DNA of 64,000 nt from Macrostomum lignano. Lineage: Eukaryota. The stretch covers positions 248,001 to 312,000 of the forward strand of contig NIVC01001122.1 of assembly GCA_002269645.1 (NCBI GenBank). Reading direction: 5' to 3'. Position numbers and translations under genes: made by a program. Position 1 is the stretch's first letter. Each line of letters begins with the position of its first letter. Of this stretch, positions 49,091 through 60,736 are shown one piece after another. Below the pieces are notes generated by a model. The model saw only the letters and a program-made list of their open reading frames with translations, ran no database searches and was not told the origin of the DNA.

Positions 49091-49907
49091 CTGGACACTT
49101 CGTCATCTTACCACTTCGTCATCCACTCATATTTCTAGACACTTCGTCATCTTACCACTTCGTCATCTACGATACTATTGTGGACACATCGTCATCTACT
49201 CCCTGGACACTTCGTCATCCACTTTGTCTAAAAAACTTATTGAATAGCTATACGTAACTTCGTCAGCTAAGTTGTATCGAGTAGTCATAGATATAGGTGG
49301 CTACACTGAGGATTAACTAACTGATTAACTAACTGATAATTAATGAGGATTAACTACGACGGGGGAAGAGCTGGAGAAGAGAAGAGATCGCGATCGCGAT
49401 CAGTACAAAATTGAATTCTACTCGCGGTTTTAAATCATACAATATCTTGGAATCATACAGTAAAACAAAAATAACAATAAATTGGAAATATGCATACCTG
49501 AATAGCAAAATTAAATGCAACCTAAAAAACATAATAATAAATACACAAAAGCACACTATTCATAAACATATTTAAATCTACATCGTTACAACTCCACACA
49601 TGTTTGTGGAAGCGAAGCTATAATAAAATTACAATGAACACAGTACACATACAGCGTGCAGTTAGATGCCAATTATAGCGAGAAGTTGAATCCCTAAACG
49701 TGTATTTAATCCTATACTTTACAGACTATTGATCGAATCGAATAACAATTTTACAGCTTTGCGAAATCTTGGGATGACGAAGTGTCCTCAAAATTTGGTC
49801 ACTTCGTCATCTAGATTTCTAACAATTTTTTTGTATGACGAAGCGTCCAAAAACCATGGTCACTTCGTCATCTGGATGACGAACTGGTAAGATGACGAAG
49901 TGTCCAG
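49091..49907. mobile_element. Non-autonomous TIR element with subterminal CACTTCGTCATC repeats
   Basis: About 35-bp TIRs CTGGACACTTCGTCATCTTACCA(G)TTCGTCATCCA; AT-rich non-coding interior; no TSD recognised. Confidence 0.7.
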
Positions 49908-50689
49908 CGACATGACCTTACCAATGACCTTACTTACTTAGCAGTTTGCGGATTCTTCGATGGATCATGGAAGTGAAGTGATATTTTAGATACGATATAA
50001 ACTTAGGCTCTAAAGTAAAATTTGCTGGTAAGAGTAACGCTGACTAAGTAGGAGCTAAATGTTCAGGAAAAAATTTTGTGTCGAACCAGCGAACCCTGCT
50101 AAACACAGGAAACTACAGTCTTTCTGCTCTGTTCGTGCCTCTGCCAGTTTGCCATACCAGTACCAGATACCAGATACTGTCTTTCAAAATGCCACTGAAC
50201 ACTAATTAAACTTTAAACCAGTCACAATATAGAAGTCAACGAGCATACTCAAAATATTAATAATACAGTCTATTAATATTAATGATAATAGCTTAGCCAA
50301 AAGAGAGGTCTCGGCTCTATAGTCCCCTACTCCCCTACCAGCTAGCCTACCTCAAGCAAGAGTCAAGGCTTGACTAGACAATGGAAAATAAATCACTAAG
50401 TTGATAGACAGTACAAAAATTGCTAATTTAGTTAGTCTTATTCCTATCCTAGTTATAGTAATTGTATACTAGGGCATAACTATGGTTTCATTCGTTATAT
50501 TATTTTATTTAAAAAGTGACAAGTTATTAGAGATTACAACAAACCGTACTCGGAGAAGTTCAGAAAAGATGACCCACCACCAAAAAAGTTTAAATTAGAG
50601 TTCGAAGTCACGAGAAAGATAATTAGAGGGGATAATAATGTGATACCCAGTAGAGAAAGTTGCCAAACACATTTGTGGATATAGATGGC

Positions 50690-50870
50690 GCCACAGAAAT
50701 TCCTGCAGATGAGCTTCGAATAGACCATCACTCGTCTTGTACATGTTGCGAAACTTTGCCTTGCAATGTACCCATGTTCCCTCGATAGTGTTCGTATGAA
50801 CCTTTGGGTCCTGGGGGTCCACAAAATGGAGCTAGTGGTTTACAGACACATGGAATGATTGTCGTAGGAG
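50690..50870 (-). pseudogene. Merlin/ISXO2-like DDE transposase C-terminal fragment
   Basis: VNH*LHFVDPQDPKVHTNTIEGTW...HLQEFLWR matches the VNHs..FVdp..HTNtIEg.W...YL.EF.WR pattern. Confidence 0.7.
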
Positions 50871-51514
50871 CCGGTGCCGGTGGTTGTCCAGCCATTTCTT
50901 CGTATGCTGGAACAAATTTGAAACAAGAAATAATGTAATGAAAAAAACCATAGTTATGCCTATACTAGATCAAGGACTTCAGTCTTGACTTTAGCAACAG
51001 TGAGGTTATTACATGACTTTTCTTGCAAGACATACACAGCTCTGCCATTGATTTTGTCTGTTGTCTGTAATTTTGTCTACAAGATAATATATTCATAGAC
51101 AAGAGTTAATACTCAAAACTCATGTTTTATTTAAGTGTTAACCCTTTATTTAAGTATAGGGCCTATAGATAAAAAAAAGTCAGTAAGTCAGTGACAAAAT
51201 CAATGCAAAACAATAAAATATGACAAGTTTTAAGTATTACATGTAACTTTTATTCATGAATATATTATCTTATAGACAAAATTAACTTTTACTTTTATAG
51301 CATGTTGATGTCACTAAATTGTCTAAATTTTCTTATTAGGCCTAAAACATGTCCTAAATTGTTACAAAAAGGCTATCACCAAAATGTCCAGAAACCCTAA
51401 ATTTCTCTATTTTCTATTGTTTTATAATACCTTGTTATATATAGGGCCTAGCCTACTACCTATGGTATAAATTGGTAAGGCCTACAAAATGCTTTGTATA
51501 TGCCTGCTAAATTA

Positions 51515-51545
<31 letters not shown>

Positions 51546-52968
51546 GTTATGACAAAATTATATAGTGTTATAACACTTTATGACTTAATATATATTATTG
51601 ACTTCATTTTTATATAGTTTAAAAAAAAGGCATAAAATCTATTGAAAATAGTGTTCTACCAGGTAGAAGGCCCAGGGGGTCCATGTGCCATAGCCATTGC
51701 TATAAGTATTGGTATAAAACTATAAAACTAGTTTTATACTTAAGTATAAGTATAAGCTAAAAAAACTATAGCTTATTTCAATTCTTCATATTCCATAGCT
51801 ATAAAGACTTCAATATTCCTAGATAGTTCCTATAGCCATAGCCATAGTTTTAACAAAAAGTCTAGGAAACAAAATATTTTGAATCAAGGAGATACCTAGG
51901 GCTTATACAACTGCAAATTAAGGTAGAAAATAAAACAAACACTTGATTGTCTCTGTAAGATTATATTTCATCATTTTTACTAAGAGTAACAATACTTAGT
52001 CACTACTAAAAATACTAGTGTTGAACTTTTTCACATTAATAAAAGTTAGAGTTTGCTAGTGTTTTATTGTACTTTATTAAGTAAAATCTATAAGTTTCTG
52101 AGTCTATAATACAGTTAATGAAATTATCTTTGTTTTACTTTACCTGTTTCTAATATTTAAAAAAATAAAAACTACACCTATGGGAATCTTTAGAATATGA
52201 CAAAAACTTATATGTGGGTTTCCCAACAGATAATTCAAACAAAAAATGAATTCATGTTTCAGGATACATTCCTTATTTTGATACCATATTCAGCTTTAAA
52301 AATTTGTAAGCAGAAATTTTCTGCTTACAAATCTCTGCTTCTGCTTGTAAGCAAAAAGAAAAAAAGTTTACATAAATGCAAAGTGTATCAAAAAAGGAAT
52401 TTATTAGCACCCCTTATAAACACATTTTGGAAGCAAATATCTCAGGAAATACAAAAGGCAATCATGTGTCTAAGATGTCATTGCAAAGCTAAGACATGTC
52501 TCAAGAAGTGATAAAAATTTTAAAGCAAATGATTAAAGCATTGAGACGTAGCAATAAATCAAACTTTTTGTTGATCACAATCCTCAACCAAGATAAACCA
52601 AAACCAAAAACTAAAAAGTGTAATGGATTTTGGCCTTTATTTTGCCAAGAATATGTTAAGCCCCCATCACAATTCTTCTTGATCTTTTGTAGAGGTCTAT
52701 TCAGATCTCATCTCATCTCAATTCCAAAATTACTTAGTTCTTTCGAAAATTACCTTACTCTGCTTAAACATGATTTAAGGGTCCTGTTGAAACTAATCAA
52801 GTCATATCTACCTGATGTGAAATTTCTCACCTCGTCCAACCTCAGTTATTAATTATGCTGAGAAAATGCAGAATTATTCCAAATCCAATTAATGAATTGC
52901 CAGCTACAAAAACTCAGCTTGCTTTTAAAACACTTGCAAAACAGTCAATAAGAAGCAATCAAGCCAAC

Positions 52969-55900
52969 ATGGCCGGGGTTGTTCTGGAAACTCTGAGCAC
53001 GCGCAAGCTGGTCTGCTTTGGCATTATTCTGCTGCTGCTGCAGGTTGGCTGTTTTCTACTAGGCGGACTGATTGCGCCCAAGCCGTACGCGCACGAGGAC
53101 ATGCTGGGCAATAAGTGTGTAGACTGGGACGCCAACGACACTGACAAATGGTTCTTCACTCGCGGCCCGGGCCACTGCAAGCCTGTGGCCGATGGTTCTA
53201 ACCATTTCGAGTTCATCAAAAACCTGCACCAATTAGCTAAAGATGAAGGCAAACGGGTGCCCAACGCTTCGCAGATTGTGTTCAATTTTCAATTTCCTTT
53301 GCCGCGGGATAATATGGAGTTTAGCATGTCTGCTCTCTTCCAGGTGAGACTAATGAGATTAGTGCAAATATGGTATCTGATGGCATGTTTAAAGTTGGTG
53401 AATGAAATCCTGAAAAGTGTTAGACCATTTCATCCTTCGGTATGCCATTGTTAGACCAGTTTGGTCATTCAGTATGCCGCTGTTAGACCAGTTTGGTCAT
53501 TCAGTATGCCATTGTTAGACCAGTTTGGTCATTCGGTATGCCATTGTCAGACCAGTTTGGTCATTCGGTATGCCATTGTCAGACCAGTTTGGTCATTCGG
53601 TATGCCATTGTCAGACCAGTTTGGTCATTCGGTATGCCATTGTCAGACCAGTTTGGTCATTCGTATGCCAATGTCAGACCAGTTTGGTCATTCGGTATGC
53701 CATTGTTAGACCAGTTTGGTCATTCAGTATGATGCTGTCAGACCAGTTTGGTCATTCAGTATGCCGCTGTCAGACCAGTTTGGTCATTCAGTATGCCATT
53801 GTTAGACCAGTTTGGTAATTCAGTATGCGATTGTCAGACCAGTTTGGTCATTCAGTATGCCGCTGTCAGACCAGTTTGGTCATTCGGTATGCCATTGTTA
53901 GACCAGTTTGGTCATTCAGTATGATGCTGTCAGACCAGTTTGGTCATTCAGTATGCCATTGTTAGACCAGTTTGGTAATTCAGTATGCAATTGTCAGACC
54001 AGTTTGGTCATTCAGTATGCCATTGTTAGACCAGTTTGGTAATTCAGTATGCGATTGTCAGACCAGTTTGGTCATTCAGTATGCCGCTGTCAGACCAGTT
54101 TGGTCATTCGTATGCCAATGTCAGACCAGTTTGGTCATTCGGTATGCCATTGTTAGACCAGTTTGGTCATTCAGTATGATGCTGTCAGACCAGTTTGGTA
54201 ATTCAGTATGCAATTGTCAGACCAGTTTGGTCATTCAGTATGCCGCTGTCAGACCAGTTTGGTCATTCGGTATGCCGCTGTCAGACCAGTTTGGTCATTT
54301 CGTATGCCGCTGCTCGAATCCCCAATATTTTCAAGGTACCTGTAATTTGATGATGTACTTTAGCTGCTGAAACTCTCAATTCGAACAGGAGATGGTGGCC
54401 GTAGTTCGCATCGAGTCGCAGTACATGAAATCGCTGCCAGGCTCGGAGATTAAGCCCGACAGTCAGATCGAGCTGCACGCCCGCCTTGGCTATCGAGACG
54501 ACTCGGACCCGCCGGGTGTCTGGCACGAGATGGTACAATCGCGCGAGACTCGTTCGCTTCGCTGCCAACTGGAACAGTCAGCCGACGGAGATACGGGCGA
54601 ATACGAGTGCGAGCCACAGCCGCTGTTCAGTCTGGGCTCTGTTGCTCACGCTCAGTACCTGTTGAACATCCGGGTTCCGGTCACCGATTATTCTAATAAA
54701 AATATCGGCCTACTGCGCGATATTAGCGTTGTAGAATTCCATCAGAATGGCGGCTTCACTCTTGTCTGGCTTGGCATGAAGACTGCCCTGTTCCCCGTGC
54801 TGTGCGGCCTGCTAATCTGGTTCTGCTGGCGGGTCAGGGCCCAGGCCAGGCCGTGGACTCTGCTGGAGCGATCGGCTTTGGGCCTGGGCATCGCACTGTC
54901 GTGCCTGAATTGCCCAGTCGAGTGGCTGAGTCTGACAGTGCTGCGAGCTCCAGTCTGGCTGCTGGTGTCCGATCTGAGACACGGCATGTTCTACAGCGGC
55001 CTGCTGGCCTTCTGGATTGTCTTCACTGGCGAGCACACCATGGATGGCGGGCCGAAGAACAGGTTCATGCTCTATTGGAAACAGTTTCTCGGCGTGGCCG
55101 TTGCCGGCGCCTGCCTGCTAATCTTTGACTTGTCGGAGAGGGGCGTGCAGATTTACAATCCGTTCTACACGGTTTGGAGTACACCGGACGCTTCTAGGTG
55201 AGATTTATTTTTTTTTCATTAATTATATGTTTAACATTAGGAGGCCAGATCGATACCCTGTTTCGATTCCGCGGCTACATTAATTTTGGGCTTGTGCACG
55301 AAAACGGCTGTACCATGGATGTCATATATAATATTGTATTTGGCCTGTTGGCTGTTGTCTCATTTTGAAGCTGCAATAATCGCCGATGGCTTTCTACAAG
55401 CAGGCCCATTAAATTTGCATCTTTATCCTGCTTTAACGACTCCAGACTGCTTCAGGCTCCAAATTATTTTTAAAAAAATGACCGGTTTTTCAGTTCCAGT
55501 TCCCGATAACATAAAAATAACAAAAAGATCGATTTAGCAGAAAACACTTGAATGTAAAACGATTTTTTAGTCGAAACTCAAATTTACCATCTGAAATCTG
55601 TGTATATATAAAAAATCAGCTTCACAGACCTTACTGTTGCTTCAGTGCAGGTCTCCAATCTTGCATAGCGTGATGTTGAAACGTCAGTAACTGCAGGATT
55701 TCGCATACAGGCTAAATAAATCTACCCCGGAACTACGAAATACCCAACAACAACTGATAACCAATTTTATTTTTGCAATTTACCATCTGAAATCTGTGTT
55801 TATATAAAAAAACCGGCTTCACAGACCTTACTGTTGCTTCAGTGCAGGTCTCCAATCAAGCATAGCGTGATGTTGAAACGTCAGAAACTGTACGATTTCG

Positions 55901-58900
55901 TAACTAAGGATTTGTAACTTCGAATTTGTAAAATAACCAGCTTATACTCGTAGGTAATTATAGAACAACAGCAACAAAAAATACGCAGTCGCCCCAGTAG
56001 TCAGTGGAGGGAGCGTCAGATGACATGTCGAAGCGCCAGTAGGCGAATAATCAATTGTCCGGCCTATTGATCGACAGTGTCGGGCGCCCCAACGTTGCTC
56101 AGGATGCAGTCCACGTATCTCTGTGTCCTCGGTCACTTGAGCCCGCCTGAACTGTTCTAGCAAAGTGAGCGGCAGGATGTCCTGGACAGGCTAGGGCAAT
56201 AGCCCGGATCACGTAGCGCCTGTCAGTTGGAGTCGCCGTCTCGCTGTAGGATGGTACATCCTTGAACAGGACGCTTTTGTCAGCCTGAACGCATGGAGCA
56301 GCCCCGCGGGCCGAGTGATCCAATTGTTTAGCTGTTGCTCCAGCGTGACCGTTAACATCGGGACGCTAGAATTCGCGCGACTGGATTTCGCGCGATCTGG
56401 CATTCGAGCGACTGCATTTGCGCGACTGGAAATCGCACGACCTGGAATTGAAGCGCGCGACTTCTTTCTAGCGACTGGATTTCACACCACTGGATTTAAA
56501 TCCAGTCGATCGAAATCCGGTTGCGCGAAATTCAGTCGCGCGAAATCCAGTCGCACGAAATTCTACGTCGCGCGAAATCTAGTCGCTTGAAGTAAGTCGC
56601 GAGAAATGATGCAGTCGAATTCAATTTCAAGTCGCCTAAAATCATCCGATTCGTGCAAAATCCTGGTGCACAGAAGACAATTAGCGCAAAATCCAGTAGC
56701 GCGAATTCTAGCGTCCCTTGAACATCCACGTCTCTGCAGTGTTGTCGAGCAACACGGTCTCAACAGCCGAGCCCTCTGACGATCGGGCAGCGCTTTGGAC
56801 TGAAGGATGGCGCGAATCGACCGGTAGGCCGTCCAGGCAAGTCCTCTCGATCTAGATCTGCGTCGCCGAATTTCGTCCTCAACGTTGGGCATCAGACCGT
56901 CGAGGTGAACCGCTGACAGCGCGCGAGGTTGGTCGTCTGCCCGTCTGCGCCGCGGCATTACGCTGTGGTGACGGCAGACGGCTTGTCTGACCTGTCTGAA
57001 ACTTCGTTTAGGAGTGCTACACAGAGCGACACATTCTAGCACCGTTCCTCTTCGTGCTGCTCCTGGCATGGATTGTGCAGCTTCGGAACGGACCCCCTTC
57101 AGCAGGCGACGGCTTCCTGCTGCGCAGACACATCGGTCGCCGCCACAACGAGAAGCGCCTGAGCGGTTCTAGGCTACGCCGACGACCTCACACTCCTGTC
57201 CTCAACTGTTGATGGCACACAGCGCTAGATTAAGGTTGGTCGAGGTGGCATCAAAGCGTCGGCCTATTTGTCGACACGCTGAAAGACCGAGGCGCTGGCA
57301 TGACCAGCGAGCCGATATCCCAGGCGGAGCTGACATATCACCATACAGCGATATGATGGCGTCAACTACATGTAGCTGCTGGGGACTCGACAGGTTCGTA
57401 GGACAAAACTCGTAGGACAAAAAGCACTGAATCAAATGCCATAATAATTAAAAACCCTAAAAAATGCCGAGTAAAGGCCGAGACCTTTCACAGAGTCGTG
57501 AAAGGTCTCGGCCCCTCGGAGTTGTAACTCCTTTAATTTCCTATTTTTCCGAGGTTCAGCTTGTACATTGTTTCATTTTACGAAATTGTACCTTTAAATG
57601 CATAATCACATGCAAGAGCCCGCGTCACCGCGCGGGACAGGGGCTGACATCGGGACAACTGTGCATGTCCCCCCTGGTCTGAGTGAAAGCTATGAAAAAG
57701 CGAACAAAATCAGTGTCTGTTTAGCAATAAAATTGAGTGTTAGAAACACCGATATAAAAAATAATGTAGGAATTTCGTCACTTAGAATTCTTGACTTTGT
57801 CCCCCACCATAAAATCCATAGCGACGCGCTCACGCCCCTGATCACATGCAAGTTAAGAATTGCATCTAATTGTGCAAAATATTTACATGTTTAATATTTG
57901 ATCAATTAGATTTGTAAGGTCTGTAGAGAAATTACAATTTAACAATTCAAGGTGCACTATTGGATTGAATTACGTATTGTCTGTATTAAGTTATTGATAG
58001 AATTTTTACGACAATTACATGCATTCTTCTGGAGAAGTAACATCATAATCTTATAAATTACATGTATCCTATCTTATATTTTTATCTCAATATTTTTATT
58101 TCACATGTAATATTCAAAACCCATGTTTTATAAGGACCTTTAACTTTTACAAATTTTTTAGCGTCAATTGAAACCATTATTTGAATTGCTATTAGTTAAT
58201 TTATTAATTTACCACAATATTTTTGAGTTCAAGTAATTGTAGTTAACTGATTGTAGTTAACTACTGTCTTTATCAAGTGTAAAAAGAACGAAACATTTTT
58301 TATAATTGTCTACTAGTTTCTTTGTTTATTCATTCTACATATTAATTTTGTTTAATCATATTTAGAAGAGTTCTTACTTCATATTGTTATCGTCACATTA
58401 TCACATACAACGATAATGATAGATCGAGTTGACTCCGAAATCGAACCGTGGTTTTTTGAATATTCGCCGCTATAATAGTACTTGTTTCTACCACAAAATA
58501 TAAATAAAATAAGAAAACGTTAGGATAATATTGTATTTTATTCATTTTTTAAAACATTAATGTCAACTTTATTCTTAAAGCAGTAAACGTTTGTTTTAAT
58601 ATGCGTTGTAACATATTCCGTTACGGCGGGATTTTAAAGTACGATTTGGGAACTGGAACTGAAAAACCGGTCATGAAAAAAAATATTTTAGGACTGAAGA
58701 TTTCAGGCCGATAAACAGATGGGGTTTTCCTCTTGCACGCTTGTGTCTGAATTTAACCTTTCCTTACTTCTCTCTCATTGGCTGAGCTAGATTGGGCCTG
58801 CCCATCTAGGCTGAGTTTCGTCCGTCTAACTCTAACCTCTCTCCTTACTTCTCTCTCATTGGCTGAGCTAGATTGGGCCTGCCCATCTAGACTGAGTTTC

Positions 58901-60070
58901 GTCCGTCTAACTCTAACCTCTCTCCTTACTTCTCTCTCATTGGCTGAGCTAGATTGGGCCTGCCCATCTAGACTGAGTTTCGTCCGTCTAACTCTAACCT
59001 CTCTCCTTACTTCTCTCTCATTGGCTGAGCTAGATTGGGCCTGCCCATCTAGACTGAGTTTCGTCCGTCTAACTCTAACCTCTCTCATTACTTCTCTCTC
59101 ATTGGCTGAGCTAGATTGGGCCTGCCCATCTAGACTGAGTTTCGTCCGTCTAACTCTAACCTCTCTCCTTACTTCTCTCTCATTGGCTGAGCTAGATTGG
59201 GCCTGCCCATCTAGACTGAGTTTCGTCCGTCTGACTTTAAACTTGTCTTCTTACTTCTCTCTCATTGGCTGAGCTAGATTGTCCCTCCGTAGACCGTAGT
59301 GACACTACGCAGACAAACTACTGAAAAACAGAGTAGACGCTCTACTTTTTCACAAATTTTATGCAAGTGAAATTTCTGATAGTTATTTTACAAATAGTGT
59401 TTGTGATTGGACTTTAAAACTCACATAATGACTCGGCTCCCTTCAATTCAGGTTCGCCCTGGCCTCAATGATAATCGCCGGCATTTCAATGGCCGCCTAC
59501 GCCCTACTATTATTGGTGCTAATTGTTCGAGCTCTACGCGGCATCCTAGAGAAGCGGCGGCATTTGCCCAGCCTGCCGCAGGCGCGCCGCCTGTTCTACT
59601 CTGGCGCCATAGTCCGATTCTGCGTGTTCCTGGGCTATACCGCCCTGTGCGCCGCCCTGACCGTGGCATTCTACATTGTCATGGAATTGGACGAAAGCCA
59701 TTGGAAATGGAGCGAAGAGGGCCACTCGTTGGAGTATAGCAGCGCCTTTGTCACCGGAGTGTACGGCATGTGGAATGTGTACGTGTGCGCCATCATCATC
59801 CTGTACGCGCCCAGCACCAAGCGGATTGCCGGGGCCAGCGGCATCGGAGACGCGGCCGCTGTGCCAACCGAGGCTGCCAACCTGTTCACTACCGAGAGCG
59901 ATCAGCAGGTTGCCTACAGCTGCGCTAGCGAGCGAGTTCGAGTTCTCAATCCCGGCTCAGCTGCTGCTGCCGGCTCGGCGGCGGCTGACTCGGCTGGCGC
60001 CTCCGCCTCCTCGGCTGTCGGGGCCGCCAGCGAGACGCTGGCCTTCGTGCAGAAGGCGGCTCAGGATTGA
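52969..60070 (+). CDS. WLS: Wntless / Evi / GPR177 Wnt secretion factor
   Basis: Exons 52969-53343, 54389-55197, 59452-60070, 600 aa. MAGVVLETLSTRKL, HQNGGFTLVW, LNCPVEWLS, SDLRHGMFY...FWIVFTGEH, ERGVQIYNPFYTVW, GVYGMWNVYV...LYAPS. Confidence 0.96.
53420..54310. repeat. 32-nt minisatellite, Wntless intron 1
   Basis: Unit TCAGACCAGTTTGGTCATTCGGTATGCCATTG. Confidence 0.94.
55581..55884. repeat. ~107-bp direct duplication (55581-55687 and 55777-55884)
   Basis: AATTTACCATCTGAAATCTGTG...GTTGAAACGTCAG present twice. Confidence 0.85.
55990..57390 (-). mobile_element. Degenerate RTE-like non-LTR retrotransposon with its RT core (about 57001-57295) inverted
   Basis: Plus strand: GVL..DT.LAPFLFVLLL and VLGYADDLTLLSS. 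Minus strand: thumb and C-terminal region HLDGLMP...EDEIRRRR..GLAWTAYRSIR...AVETVLL, RRRLQL...PVQD. Many frameshifts. Lies in Wntless intron 2. Confidence 0.8.
56360..56717. mobile_element. Mutator-like MITE nested in the LINE
   Basis: TIR GGGACGCTAGAATTCGCGC(g/t)ACTGGATTT (29 bp, 1 mismatch); degenerate 9-bp flanks gttaacatc/ttgaacatc; internal cgcgcga and aatccagtcg repeats. Confidence 0.75.
58757..59283. repeat. 81-nt minisatellite, Wntless intron 2
   Basis: About 6.4 near-identical copies with period 81 (GCTGAG at 58781, 58862, ...). Confidence 0.95.
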
Positions 60071-60320
60071 GCGATGCTGGCTAGGATCTTCCTAGTGATA
60101 GAAGACTTTGGTTTTGCTGCGCCTGAACGGATGTGGCGCAAGCTCTTAAAAATTTAAATTATTCTTTTCAGACTGCATAGCTGATCGATGGACGAATGAG
60201 AAATTTATTCGAAAGTTTATGTTTTCAAGAAGTTCTACTACATTTTTGTTGGCATTGTTTAGTACCTTAACAGGGTTTAATGCGATGCTAGTGTGATAGG
60301 GATAACTACAGATACTAGAA

Positions 60321-60736
60321 TAACTAGATTGGGCCACTCAGCACATTTGCGTATAAGCTACTTTCTGTTCAGTAGTAAGTTAAACTGAAGCATTTTAATG
60401 TATTTTAAAGAAAAGGCTCATTTATTGCCTCTTACCCTAAGCTTAAACCCTCAAACTCCACACAGAACCTCTACCACTGCCCCGCCACCCAATTTTTATT
60501 ACCTTCCTCGGTTTTTTTCCATCCTAGATCTGCATTGTACACACAATGGCTAATGTACATTTTGGCTGAACCAATTAGCAAGCTGTATACGTCTGCAAGC
60601 TTGGGCTTCTAAACTTTCAAAGTTATTTCAGCTGCCTTTATTCTTATAAAGTAGCTTATGTATTCTTCACTGCTACTGAACTGAAAGTAGAAAGCTGTTT
60701 TGCTAGGTATCTATGCCTGAGTGGCCCATCTAGTTA
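60321..60736. mobile_element. Small inverted-repeat element downstream of Wntless
   Basis: TAACTAGATTGGGCCACTCAG ... CTGAGTGGCCCATCTAGTTA (20-21 bp, 1 indel). Confidence 0.45.
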
